This document shows positions 1-8,821 of a stretch of DNA of 64,000 bases, in pieces. Both the position numbers and the translations under genes were made by a program. Each line of letters begins with the position of its first letter. Positions within the stretch are counted from its first letter, which is position 1. The stretch comes from a virus (taxonomy: Duplodnaviria; Caudoviricetes). The stretch spans positions 100,997-164,996 of the IMG/VR virus record IMGVR_UViG_3300010340_000989; one strand, given 5' to 3'. The notes under the pieces were generated by a model. It was not told where the DNA came from, did not search any database, and saw nothing but the letters and a program-made list of their open reading frames with translations.

Positions 1-314
1 TCATCCATGAAAACTTTTATAAATCTTCCTTTTCCCTTACCTTTTTTAAAATAAGATTGAGCTTTATCAATATCATAATTACCTTCTGTATCAGTTATGT
101 TATCAATTGCGTCTTCTGGTTCAACCCAAACACCATCATCTTTCATTTTGTCAATCGTGACATTCTTATCCTTTATAGTAGTTATTGGCTCATGATTTTT
201 TAATTTTTTAATTAAAACATTCCCTCTAAATTGACCATCTTTGGTTTTACCAAGCTCAGCAAGAGTCAGTTCGGCTTCTTCAAAAAACTTATCAAATTTT
301 ATTATCTTAGGCAT
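1..314 (-). CDS. Hypothetical protein, truncated by window edge, with capsid-targeting-like N-terminus (MPKIIKFDKFFEE...)
   Basis: Manually translated open frame from ATG at 314 to the edge; TAATATATA at 319-327 (-) just upstream. Confidence 0.75.
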   Translation of the reverse strand, partial: MPKIIKFDKFFEEAELTLAELGKTKDGQFRGNVLIKKLKNHEPITTIKDKNVTIDKMKDDGVWVEPEDAIDNITDTEGNYDIDKAQSYFKKGKGKGRFIKVFMD

Positions 315-347
315 AATCTATATATTAAAGTCTATATCTACAAATAA

Positions 348-375
348 AAACTAAATTTAATTTGAAGACTATAAC
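348..375 (+). promoter_or_regulatory. Putative middle-class promoter AAAC-N18-TATAAC
   Basis: Same motif and 18-nt spacing recur at 9 operon starts. Confidence 0.65.
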
Positions 376-394
376 AATAAAATAAAAATATCTA

Positions 395-1363
395 ATGGTA
401 TTAAATTGCATAATTGACGGAAATTATATACTTTCAAGATTAGTATTCACACTACATAAAAATAATCTATTATATGGTGCGCTTACACAATCATTAGAAA
501 ATACTATAACAAACTACAAAAAACTATATCCATTTTCAAATGTCTATTTGGTTTCGGATTCAAAAGAAAAATCTTGGAGAAAATCTTTAAATTCTAATTA
601 CAAAGCTAATCGTAAGAAAGATTCAGATATTGACTGGGCTTTTGTTTATAAAGCTTATGATGAATTTAAACAGAATTTAAAAGGAACAAAATTACTTGAA
701 TCACCTACTATTGAAGGTGATGATTGGATATCATTTTTAGTTCAAAAAACTAATGATATGAATCAATCTAATTTTATTGTCTCAAATGATCATGATATTA
801 AACAACTTATAAAATTCAATCTCGATTCTGAGTGGATTAATTTTATGAGTAATGAAATGTATAATCAAGAAAAGATTTTTCTACCAAAAAATTATCAAAT
901 TTTTTTAAATAAAATTAGCCAAAAAAATAATAATGACATTTTTGATCTAAATGATAATAGTGAGTTTTTATCATTAATGAATCGATTTGTAAATAGATAT
1001 CAACTATCTGAGATTTCTAATTTAGAATCATTATTGATTAAAATTATTTCTGGAGATACTAGTGATAATATACAATCTGTATATCAGACAAATAAATCTG
1101 GTAAAGTTAGAGGAATAGGACCGAAAGGTGCTTATTCTATCTATGAATCATATATTTCAGAATTTGGAGACCCATCTTTACAGGATCCAGACCTTTTTGA
1201 AAATATTGCTGATTTAATTTGTGAAAAGAAAAAGATTTCTAAAACAAACATTGAAAATATAGTGGGTAGAATTCAAGATAATATGAAATTAATTGATTTA
1301 AGAATTGACAACTTTCCGGATGAAATTGTCAATACCATGATAAAAGTTTATAATAATATTTGA
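395..1363 (+). CDS. T4 RNase H-like 5'-3' exonuclease (FEN family)
   Basis: IIDGN, SWRK..YKANRK, EGDD, SNDHD and GDTSDNI...GIGPK motifs. Confidence 0.85.
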   Translation: MVLNCIIDGNYILSRLVFTLHKNNLLYGALTQSLENTITNYKKLYPFSNVYLVSDSKEKSWRKSLNSNYKANRKKDSDIDWAFVYKAYDEFKQNLKGTKLLESPTIEGDDWISFLVQKTNDMNQSNFIVSNDHDIKQLIKFNLDSEWINFMSNEMYNQEKIFLPKNYQIFLNKISQKNNNDIFDLNDNSEFLSLMNRFVNRYQLSEISNLESLLIKIISGDTSDNIQSVYQTNKSGKVRGIGPKGAYSIYESYISEFGDPSLQDPDLFENIADLICEKKKISKTNIENIVGRIQDNMKLIDLRIDNFPDEIVNTMIKVYNNI

Positions 1364-1364
1364 T

Positions 1365-1754
1365 ATGGCTGAACTCATAGATGTTGCGAATGCTATGTTT
1401 AGAAACAAGAAAAATTGGAAAAATATAACCGATTTAGATAAAGAAAAGTACTTTTTTATCTTTAATCGATATTTTTCCAAAAAATATCCAACAAAGTCAC
1501 AAATATTGAATAATAAGAATATAGATAAAAGTAGTGCCTTAGATTTATGGTATTATTTTATGTTGGATAAAGGATATCCTGATTGGTTTTGGTCTAAGAG
1601 TCCAAAATTTGAAAAATCCGATATATCAGATATCGATTTTAAATTACTTTTTCTTAAACTAGGACTTAATAAAGAACAAGATTTAATATATTTATTAGAG
1701 AAATATCCAGATATTATTCAAGAAGAATTGAAATTTTATAAAACAAAAAAATAA
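1365..1754 (+). CDS. Probable clamp-loader small subunit (gp62-like)
   Basis: Size and KEKYFFIFNRYFS segment resemble T4-like gp62; replication context. Confidence 0.5.
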   Translation: MAELIDVANAMFRNKKNWKNITDLDKEKYFFIFNRYFSKKYPTKSQILNNKNIDKSSALDLWYYFMLDKGYPDWFWSKSPKFEKSDISDIDFKLLFLKLGLNKEQDLIYLLEKYPDIIQEELKFYKTKK

Positions 1755-1757
1755 ATT

Positions 1758-2297
1758 ATGGCAGAATCAAAGCAATGGTACGCAATTAGAACACAAAATA
1801 ATAGAGAAAAAAGTGTTTTAGAAAAACTTAATCTTGAATTATCAAGATCAGGATTGACAGATATAATGGGAAGACATATTATTCCAACCGAAAAAGTCTA
1901 TAGTGTTAAAAATGGGAAAAGAATTGCTAAAGAAAAAATTCTTTATCCAGGATATATTTTTATTGAAATTTCACATATAGGTGAAATTAATAATTTTTTA
2001 AAAGGAATTAATGGATCAGCAGGGTTTGTAAGAACTAAAAGTGGTGATATAAATCCTCTTAAAGAATTTGAAGTAAAAAGAATGTTAAAGGATCAGGAAA
2101 GTAATGATAATATTATTACTTATGGTAATTTGTTTTCAGTTGGTGAAGAAATTAAAGTCATTGATGGAGCTTTTACCACATTCAAAGGTAGTGTAAAAAG
2201 TATTGACGAGGATAAGAAAAAAATTAAAGTTGAAGTCTTAATTTTTAGTAGACCAACAATGGTTGAATTAGATTTTCTTCAAGTAGAAAGGGTATAA
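1758..2297 (+). CDS. nusG: Transcription elongation factor NusG
   Basis: WYAIRT..NRE, LYPGYIFI (NGN domain) and C-terminal KOW GEEIKVIDGAF...VELDFLQVER. Confidence 0.9.
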   Translation: MAESKQWYAIRTQNNREKSVLEKLNLELSRSGLTDIMGRHIIPTEKVYSVKNGKRIAKEKILYPGYIFIEISHIGEINNFLKGINGSAGFVRTKSGDINPLKEFEVKRMLKDQESNDNIITYGNLFSVGEEIKVIDGAFTTFKGSVKSIDEDKKKIKVEVLIFSRPTMVELDFLQVERV

Positions 2298-2299
2298 AT

Positions 2300-3055
2300 A
2301 TGGGAAGTTTTGGAAATGTAATTCCAAAAGAAAGAAAAATATATGGAAACTGGCAAGTAAAATCACCAGAAGGAATTCTTATGTTTCGTTGTGGTGAAAA
2401 AAAAGCTATGTGGTATGTTAAGCGTGATTTAGGTGAGATAGTTCAAGATAATCCAAAAATTGTTCAACTAAAATTTCAACCTAATGGTCTCGGGAATCAC
2501 CAAAAAAAGTATGGTTTAACAGAAATGTTAAACAAATGTGTTGTCTGTGGTACAGATGAATACTTAACCAGACATCACGTTGTTCCATATTGCTATCGAA
2601 AATTCTTTCCAGAATCAATAAAGTCTCATAATTTTCACGATGTTCTTTCACTTTGTATTGATTGTCATGAAAATTATGAAAAAAAAGCAACTGATTTTAA
2701 AATAAAATTATCTGAAATTTATAATGCACCAATTAATGGAGACTTATTTGATAATAAAGACTTAATAAAAGTTAGAAAGTTAGCTAGTTGCTTAGTTAAT
2801 AATATACATCAAATGCCTAAGTATAGAATCACTGAAGTTAAAAATGAAATTAAAACATATTTTGGTTTAAAAAGACTTCATATAAAAAGACTTGAGAATT
2901 TAATGAACATAGAGTTTAAGATTATAAATAGAACACACGGTGAATTAGTTGTTAATAAAATTGATAATATCGATAGTTTTATGAAATCTTGGAGAAAACA
3001 TTTCATAGAAAATAATGAATGTAAATATTTACCAAAAAACTGGTCAGTAGAATGA
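2300..3055 (+). CDS. HNH nuclease homologous to the C-terminal domain of eukaryotic EXD2
   Basis: KKAMWY, LKFQP, CVVCG, TRHHVVPYCYRKFFP, HNFHDVLSLCIDCH. Confidence 0.75.
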   Translation: MGSFGNVIPKERKIYGNWQVKSPEGILMFRCGEKKAMWYVKRDLGEIVQDNPKIVQLKFQPNGLGNHQKKYGLTEMLNKCVVCGTDEYLTRHHVVPYCYRKFFPESIKSHNFHDVLSLCIDCHENYEKKATDFKIKLSEIYNAPINGDLFDNKDLIKVRKLASCLVNNIHQMPKYRITEVKNEIKTYFGLKRLHIKRLENLMNIEFKIINRTHGELVVNKIDNIDSFMKSWRKHFIENNECKYLPKNWSVE

Positions 3056-3666
3056 GAATGAGAGAAACGGATAAAAAAATTTTAGATAAAATAACTAAAG
3101 CATCTAATATAATTGCTTTAAAATCTAGAGGATCCGGTGCTAGTTGGATTATCGCTTCTGCAAAATTGACAGCAAAATTTGATGAAGTATTTAATAATAG
3201 TAAAATCAGAGAAGAACGAGATAAAAAAATAAACGACTTATTAAGTATGAGTGATAAACAATTAAGATATGATATTACATATTTAGAAATGGCTAAAACT
3301 TGGTCAAACTTATCACACTGTGATAGAAAAAAAGTAGGAGCTTTAATAGTTAAAAACGGGATGATTATTTCTGATGGGTATAATGGTACACCATCTGGAT
3401 ATGATAATTGTTGCGAAAATGACAATTGGGAAACACATTGGTATACTATACACGCCGAATCAAATGCGATTTTAAAATGTGCTAGATGGGGTCATTCTTG
3501 TGAAGGTGCTACTTTGTATTTAACTCACTCACCTTGTAAGGATTGTTCAAAATCCATATTGCAATCTGGAATAAAAAGGGTTGTATATGCTGAAAATTAT
3601 AAAGACCTTGAGGGTGTAGAATTTTTAATAAATTCTGGAGTTCAAGTAGAAAAAATAACAATTTAA
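3052..3666 (+). CDS. dCMP deaminase with ~65-aa N-terminal extension
   Basis: KVGA, GYNG, HAESNAI, SPCKDC zinc motifs; internal Met at 3247 may be an alternative start. Confidence 0.9.
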   Translation: MRMRETDKKILDKITKASNIIALKSRGSGASWIIASAKLTAKFDEVFNNSKIREERDKKINDLLSMSDKQLRYDITYLEMAKTWSNLSHCDRKKVGALIVKNGMIISDGYNGTPSGYDNCCENDNWETHWYTIHAESNAILKCARWGHSCEGATLYLTHSPCKDCSKSILQSGIKRVVYAENYKDLEGVEFLINSGVQVEKITI

Positions 3667-3667
3667 A

Positions 3668-4147
3668 ATGAAATTTGATGTCAGTTTATTTTCACAATTA
3701 GAGAAAAAAGAATTTCAGGCACATTTTAATAGTGAACTTGATATTTCATCAATGAAGCTATTCTATGATAACTGCATCAGAATGGGTGGGGATAGTAATA
3801 GTAATATTCAGATAGCAACTATACATCCAGATATTTGGTTCGGAGATCATTTTGAGCTTTTAAATAGTAAAATAAAAATGGTTGTTGAATCACCAGTTTT
3901 TCAATTAGTTAGAATTGAGGGTGGTCAATTAGTTTGTCAAAACTATTCATCAGATCAAATTACTTTTTCAACAGATCAAGATTTAATTAATTTTTTTGAA
4001 CATATGTCTGAATTTGGTTCTTTAGCAGTTTTTAGTCTTGTTAAATACTTAGATGTTAGAACTCTACAATCTTATTGGAACTTAAGATATAAAGATATAT
4101 CTACAAAAGAAGAGATAAGAGATAAAAAGATTAGTTCTATTATTTAA
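3668..4147 (+). CDS. Hypothetical protein with C-terminal RxxKIxxII tag
   Basis: Operon ORF ending EEIRDKKISSII. Confidence 0.75.
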   Translation: MKFDVSLFSQLEKKEFQAHFNSELDISSMKLFYDNCIRMGGDSNSNIQIATIHPDIWFGDHFELLNSKIKMVVESPVFQLVRIEGGQLVCQNYSSDQITFSTDQDLINFFEHMSEFGSLAVFSLVKYLDVRTLQSYWNLRYKDISTKEEIRDKKISSII

Positions 4148-4255
4148 TATATAAATCAATTAAAATCTAATCAAGTGTTTTTGATTTGTGAGTGAGAGGT
4201 TAGGTTTCAAAACTTAAAAAAATTATGGACTCTGAGAGTTGTTATAAAAGCGAAA

Positions 4256-4519
4256 ATGAAGGAGATAAACAGAAAGAAGCTGGCGACACTATTCCTACTT
4301 TTAGGAATGTTTTTTTCACCTCTAGGCTTCGACGCAGTTCAGTATATTCTAATAAAATTGACCGGTTCCTTATTTGGTGCGAATTTGGCGTTATATTGCC
4401 TTGCGGCATTTTGCTTTGGACTCTACTTTATATTTTCGGGATATAATCCCATTTCAGAAGTTCGAAATATAGTTTTGAGTATTTATAATGATAAAATAAA
4501 ACATTATTTCAAGAGGTAG
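4256..4519 (+). CDS. Small two-TM membrane protein
   Basis: Two hydrophobic segments around FSPLGFDA; TAATATATA at 4145-4153. Confidence 0.6.
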   Translation: MKEINRKKLATLFLLLGMFFSPLGFDAVQYILIKLTGSLFGANLALYCLAAFCFGLYFIFSGYNPISEVRNIVLSIYNDKIKHYFKR

Positions 4520-5303
4520 TTTCACATCTTAAATCTAAGATTTTAATATACAACTCATTATTTTCATCAATTTTATCAGATTTTATTATATTATCTTTTG
4601 ACCACATAGGTCTTAGATTGGAATAGTGACTTAACATTATTATTTCTTTTTCATTTTTTGCAAAAGATATTGGGATTATATGATCAACATGCCACAATTC
4701 TCTTTTTTCCCAACTCATTCCGTCTAAAAATTGAGATTCTATATATGTTCTTAATTCAGAAGCGCTGCATCCAACTATTTCATACCATTGACTATTAGTG
4801 CTGAATTTTTTCATTATCCTTTTTGATTTAAGTATTCTTCTTATACCACCACTTATTCTATTTTTTATTAAATATAAAGGATCGTTTTTAAGAACATCCT
4901 TTTTATATCTTTTAGCTCTTTGATTTATTTTTTCTCTGTTATTTTTTGAGTATTCACTATTTCTCTTTTTAATTTCTTCTTTATTTAATTCATATCTGAT
5001 TTTAGATTTTTGTGACTCAGATTCTTTTTTCTCTGAATATCTTTTTTTCAAATATTCTTTCTGACAAATAAAACATATTCTTTTACTTTTAACAAAGTCC
5101 TCGACTAACTTTTCGTTATTACAAACCCTACACACCTTAGTGGTTTTAGGTTCTAATTTATATGGATTATCTTTATTACCTTTCCTATATTCCCTCAAAT
5201 ATAAAATTCTACATCTTTTACAATCATTTCGATAATTTCCTTCTTTTCTAATTGAAAATTCAGACAATTTTTTTTCTATTTTACATATATTACAAGTTTT
5301 CAT
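4509..5303 (-). mobile_element. Free-standing HNH homing endonuclease with two N-terminal CxxC zinc modules
   Basis: WHVDHIIP...HYSNLRPMW..DNIIKSDK; KTCNIC and KVCRVC repeats; late motif 5308-5316. Confidence 0.8.
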
Positions 5304-5374
5304 ATTTTATATATTAAATCCATTTGGGTTCGTTATAAAAATGTTTTTCAATTAAGAATCTTAATATATAAGAA

Positions 5375-5944
5375 ATGAAAGTAATTAAATTTATTGATTT
5401 TATAAACGAGAATTTACACGACACACCAGAGGAATATATTAAAATTGCTCTAAGTAAATTAAAAAAGAAAATTGAATCTTTTTTTGAGGTTGCTAAACCA
5501 GAAGGTGAAGAAGAGGAAAAGTTTATAACTATGAGTGATGCCTTGAAAAAAGGAAAAGAAGAAGAAAAGAAAAAATCTGAAATATCTTTTGCAGAGTTAG
5601 GTTTAAAGTTAGAAAGCTCAGAATTAAGTAAATATTCATCTTTAAATGATAGTATTAAATTTATAATGTCTGATGAAGATTTTAGATATGATTTAACAAT
5701 TATAATTCCATTAGATGAGGCAAAAGTAACAGACACTGATAAAGATTTTACAGACACTGATATTAAAAAATGTTATATTAAATTTAAAAAATATGACATG
5801 AAAAATAATGTTGAATTAATTGGTCAAATTAATAAAAATGTGGAAATAAGTTCAATAGATGAAAATCTTTTAATTGATCTTAAAATTCAATTAGATGATG
5901 AATATGGTGATGGTGATGAAAAATTAGAAATAGAAACTGAATAG
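5375..5944 (+). CDS. Hypothetical acidic protein, capsid-targeting-like N-terminus
   Basis: MKVIKFIDFINE; TAATATATA at 5362-5370. Confidence 0.75.
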   Translation: MKVIKFIDFINENLHDTPEEYIKIALSKLKKKIESFFEVAKPEGEEEEKFITMSDALKKGKEEEKKKSEISFAELGLKLESSELSKYSSLNDSIKFIMSDEDFRYDLTIIIPLDEAKVTDTDKDFTDTDIKKCYIKFKKYDMKNNVELIGQINKNVEISSIDENLLIDLKIQLDDEYGDGDEKLEIETE

Positions 5945-5972
5945 GAAACATATTCACTCTAATAAATAGAGT

Positions 5973-6470
5973 ATGTATAATATTGTAACTAAACCATCAA
6001 TAATCAACGAGATTAAAAAGTCAAAATATTATAGACAAAGTCTCGGACTAGTAACAACCATAGAACATAATGGTCAAAGACGATATAACGAGAAAGATAA
6101 ATTCAGCTTTTTCTATAACACAACATATAAAACAAATATTCAAATGCAGGGTAATCTTGGAGACATTGTTGTCTATTTAGATTACTATATTCAGGAAGAA
6201 GTTTTGGCATTATATTATAATCAAGAAGAATTTGTATTTAATTTTGACCCTAATATGATCAAAGAAAAAGGTATAGAATTCTATCTAGGACACCTTTTAA
6301 AAACTGTCGAAACTCAATATGAGGAAAGAATTAAAGCAGCTGAAGAAAAGAAGATTGAAGTGAAAAAAGAAGGAAATGCTGATATTTTAAAAGAAAATCC
6401 AGGGATGGTATCTTATGAAGATCTTAAAGCGTATTTAGCTGAGAAAGCTAAAAATAGATATACTAGTTGA
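5973..6470 (+). CDS. Hypothetical protein
   Basis: 165-aa ORF with normal codon usage; TAATAAATA upstream. Confidence 0.7.
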   Translation: MYNIVTKPSIINEIKKSKYYRQSLGLVTTIEHNGQRRYNEKDKFSFFYNTTYKTNIQMQGNLGDIVVYLDYYIQEEVLALYYNQEEFVFNFDPNMIKEKGIEFYLGHLLKTVETQYEERIKAAEEKKIEVKKEGNADILKENPGMVSYEDLKAYLAEKAKNRYTS

Positions 6471-6708
6471 GAAAATTTCTCACAAGAAAATAATATATTT
6501 CTTTTTTAGTCTCATCATCAAAATCATCAAAATCAAATTGATAATCTAAATCATCAACAATTTTGTGAAGATAGATCTTATCTTTATCTTTTCTCCATTC
6601 AATTGTATTGAATAATAAACCATTAACCAGTTGAATATCTATAACAACTTCGAATAAATCTATCGCAAGCCACTTAACTATTGGTATAATACTGATTTTA
6701 TAATTCAT
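6463..6708 (-). CDS. Hypothetical protein
   Basis: 81-aa ORF; TAATATATA at 6713-6721 (-). Confidence 0.65.
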   Translation of the reverse strand: MNYKISIIPIVKWLAIDLFEVVIDIQLVNGLLFNTIEWRKDKDKIYLHKIVDDLDYQFDFDDFDDETKKEIYYFLVRNFLN

Positions 6709-6787
6709 ATATTATATATTAATGATAGGACTTAAATAAGATCACAATGCTTATTTATTTTAAAATTTATTTATAATATATAAAATA

Positions 6788-7429
6788 ATGAAAAAGATAA
6801 CAGAAGAATTATTAAAAGACGCATTTATTGATTTGATTGATAATGGATGGCTTTTAAGGCTTAATAAAACCATTTATGTTGTTCATAAAGATGGGAATGG
6901 TGAATCCGGAAATACAATCTCACAAGCTTTGAAAAGTTTTACAAATACTAATAAAGCGGAAGAAGCAAAATGTAATAAATTAATTACAATATCTATCAAT
7001 AAACCTAATAATGATATTTTAAATTTTAGAGAATATAAAGAATTTCAACAAGATTTTTTAGGATCGTTATCTAGCTTCTGTGATGAAATTGAAGTTGATG
7101 AAGATAAAGTCACTGTCGAAAATGGATTTGGAAGCGAACAAACAATTACAATTATTCAAGATGAATTTAATATTAAAAATATTGTAAAATTTACTAATAT
7201 TTGTAGAATATTTAATATTAAATTTAATGGTAAAATTTCTATCGGATTATATGATGATGGTATTAAATTAAATATGCCTAGTGATGTAAAAGGAATAGCA
7301 ACAAACGGATGGTATCAGTTTAAAAGAGAAGCATTGGAAATGATTAGTAAAGATTTTGATATAATTGAAAAAGATTTTTCCTTATATTTGCATCCAAAAT
7401 TTGAATTCATAGAAAATGAAAATATTTAA
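6788..7429 (+). CDS. Hypothetical protein of the repeated D-x-F-x-D-L-x-D family
   Basis: LLKDAFIDLIDNG matches paralogs at 18.7-23.6 kb; late motif 6774-6782. Confidence 0.7.
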   Translation: MKKITEELLKDAFIDLIDNGWLLRLNKTIYVVHKDGNGESGNTISQALKSFTNTNKAEEAKCNKLITISINKPNNDILNFREYKEFQQDFLGSLSSFCDEIEVDEDKVTVENGFGSEQTITIIQDEFNIKNIVKFTNICRIFNIKFNGKISIGLYDDGIKLNMPSDVKGIATNGWYQFKREALEMISKDFDIIEKDFSLYLHPKFEFIENENI

Positions 7430-8678
7430 CTACTTACAATTTATCACAGAATCTAACGATTTATCAACACATTATCTTCCATCTTATGAAGATTGTTTGG
7501 AAATGTGCACAAAAGAAGAATCTGCTTTCTATGAGTCAAAATTTACTATTGATGGTTATAACATCTCAGTATTTAACTATCGTCTCGCTCAATATAAAGA
7601 CTTTGTAACACCTTTAGAAAATAGACCAGAAGTCAAAGCATACGAAATGAGAGGATTGACATTTGTATTTAATGAAGATGGTTCATTATTTAAGAGATTT
7701 TTATTGCTTGAAAAGTTTTTCAACATTAATCAAGTTCCAGAATCCATGTATTCTATTGTCAAGGATTACAAAATTAAATTTGTCAATAATAAAGAAGATG
7801 GCTCTATTGCTTCTTATATAAAATTACCCAATGGTAAAATATTAGGTAAATCCAAAATGGGATTTGATAACGAACAAGCCAATGGTATAAATAGAATTTA
7901 TAGAACTAGAAAAGATATAAAAATATTTGTTGATTGGTGTTTGGATAATGATATTACATCTATTTTTGAGTATGTATCACCAGCAAATCGTATTGTTCTA
8001 AGATATTTAGAAGAAGATCTTATTCTTTTAAGAATGAGAGATAATAGAACTGGTAAACACCTAAACATCAAAGACTATTTAGATAAAATTGATACTATCA
8101 GAATCGCACCATTTGAAGATGATAACAAAGATTTAGACTCTTTGGTGGAAGTTATTGCTAAAGAAGTTGATAAAGAAGGCGTTATTGTTCAAACAGAAGA
8201 TAAATATGGTAGAGACTTTTTCTTTAAAATTAAAACTCCTTGGTACTGTGAACGTCACGGTCTATTGACTAATGATATTTATAGAGAACATATCATAATT
8301 GGTTATATCTTAGATGATAAAATTGATGATATTCTTGGACAAATACCAGAAGATGAAAAAGAAGCACACTTGAGAATAAATAAAATTATTCAAATTGTTA
8401 AAAAAGTAATTGATGAAAAAGTTGCTGATATTAAAAAATCATATCAAGTTTATCTAGATATGGGTTCTAATAATAAAGAATATTCTTTGAAGTATTATAG
8501 AAAAGAGCCAAACTTTTCTTATGTAATGGGTGTTGCTAAAGGTATGGATATTTACGAATTGGCTAAAGATTGGCTAAGAGATAATACTAAAAGATTAATG
8601 TTAGCTAGAGATTTTTTAAAGAAAAAAGATCCAAGTCTTTTCTTCCAAGAACCAAATGAGGAAAATTTAGATTCATAA
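7416..8678 (+). CDS. T4 Rnl1-type RNA ligase
   Basis: EKFFN, motif I KEDGS, FEY, EGVIV, FKIKTPWY; N-terminus MKIFNYLQFITE. Confidence 0.9.
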   Translation: MKIFNYLQFITESNDLSTHYLPSYEDCLEMCTKEESAFYESKFTIDGYNISVFNYRLAQYKDFVTPLENRPEVKAYEMRGLTFVFNEDGSLFKRFLLLEKFFNINQVPESMYSIVKDYKIKFVNNKEDGSIASYIKLPNGKILGKSKMGFDNEQANGINRIYRTRKDIKIFVDWCLDNDITSIFEYVSPANRIVLRYLEEDLILLRMRDNRTGKHLNIKDYLDKIDTIRIAPFEDDNKDLDSLVEVIAKEVDKEGVIVQTEDKYGRDFFFKIKTPWYCERHGLLTNDIYREHIIIGYILDDKIDDILGQIPEDEKEAHLRINKIIQIVKKVIDEKVADIKKSYQVYLDMGSNNKEYSLKYYRKEPNFSYVMGVAKGMDIYELAKDWLRDNTKRLMLARDFLKKKDPSLFFQEPNEENLDS

Positions 8679-8761
8679 AAACTTTTTATTTTTTATTAAT
8701 ACAATACTAATAAACCACATAAATGACAACTTGTCATTTAATATGTCAAATAATATATAGA

Positions 8762-8789
8762 AAACTATTTTAATATTTTGGCATACAAT
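8762..8789 (+). promoter_or_regulatory. Putative middle-class promoter AAAC-N18-TACAAT before dnaK (late motif also at 8751-8759)
   Basis: Motif and spacing match the recurrent class with one mismatch. Confidence 0.55.
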
Positions 8790-8821
8790 TTGTAAATATA
8801 ATTTTAAAAATAATATAATAT

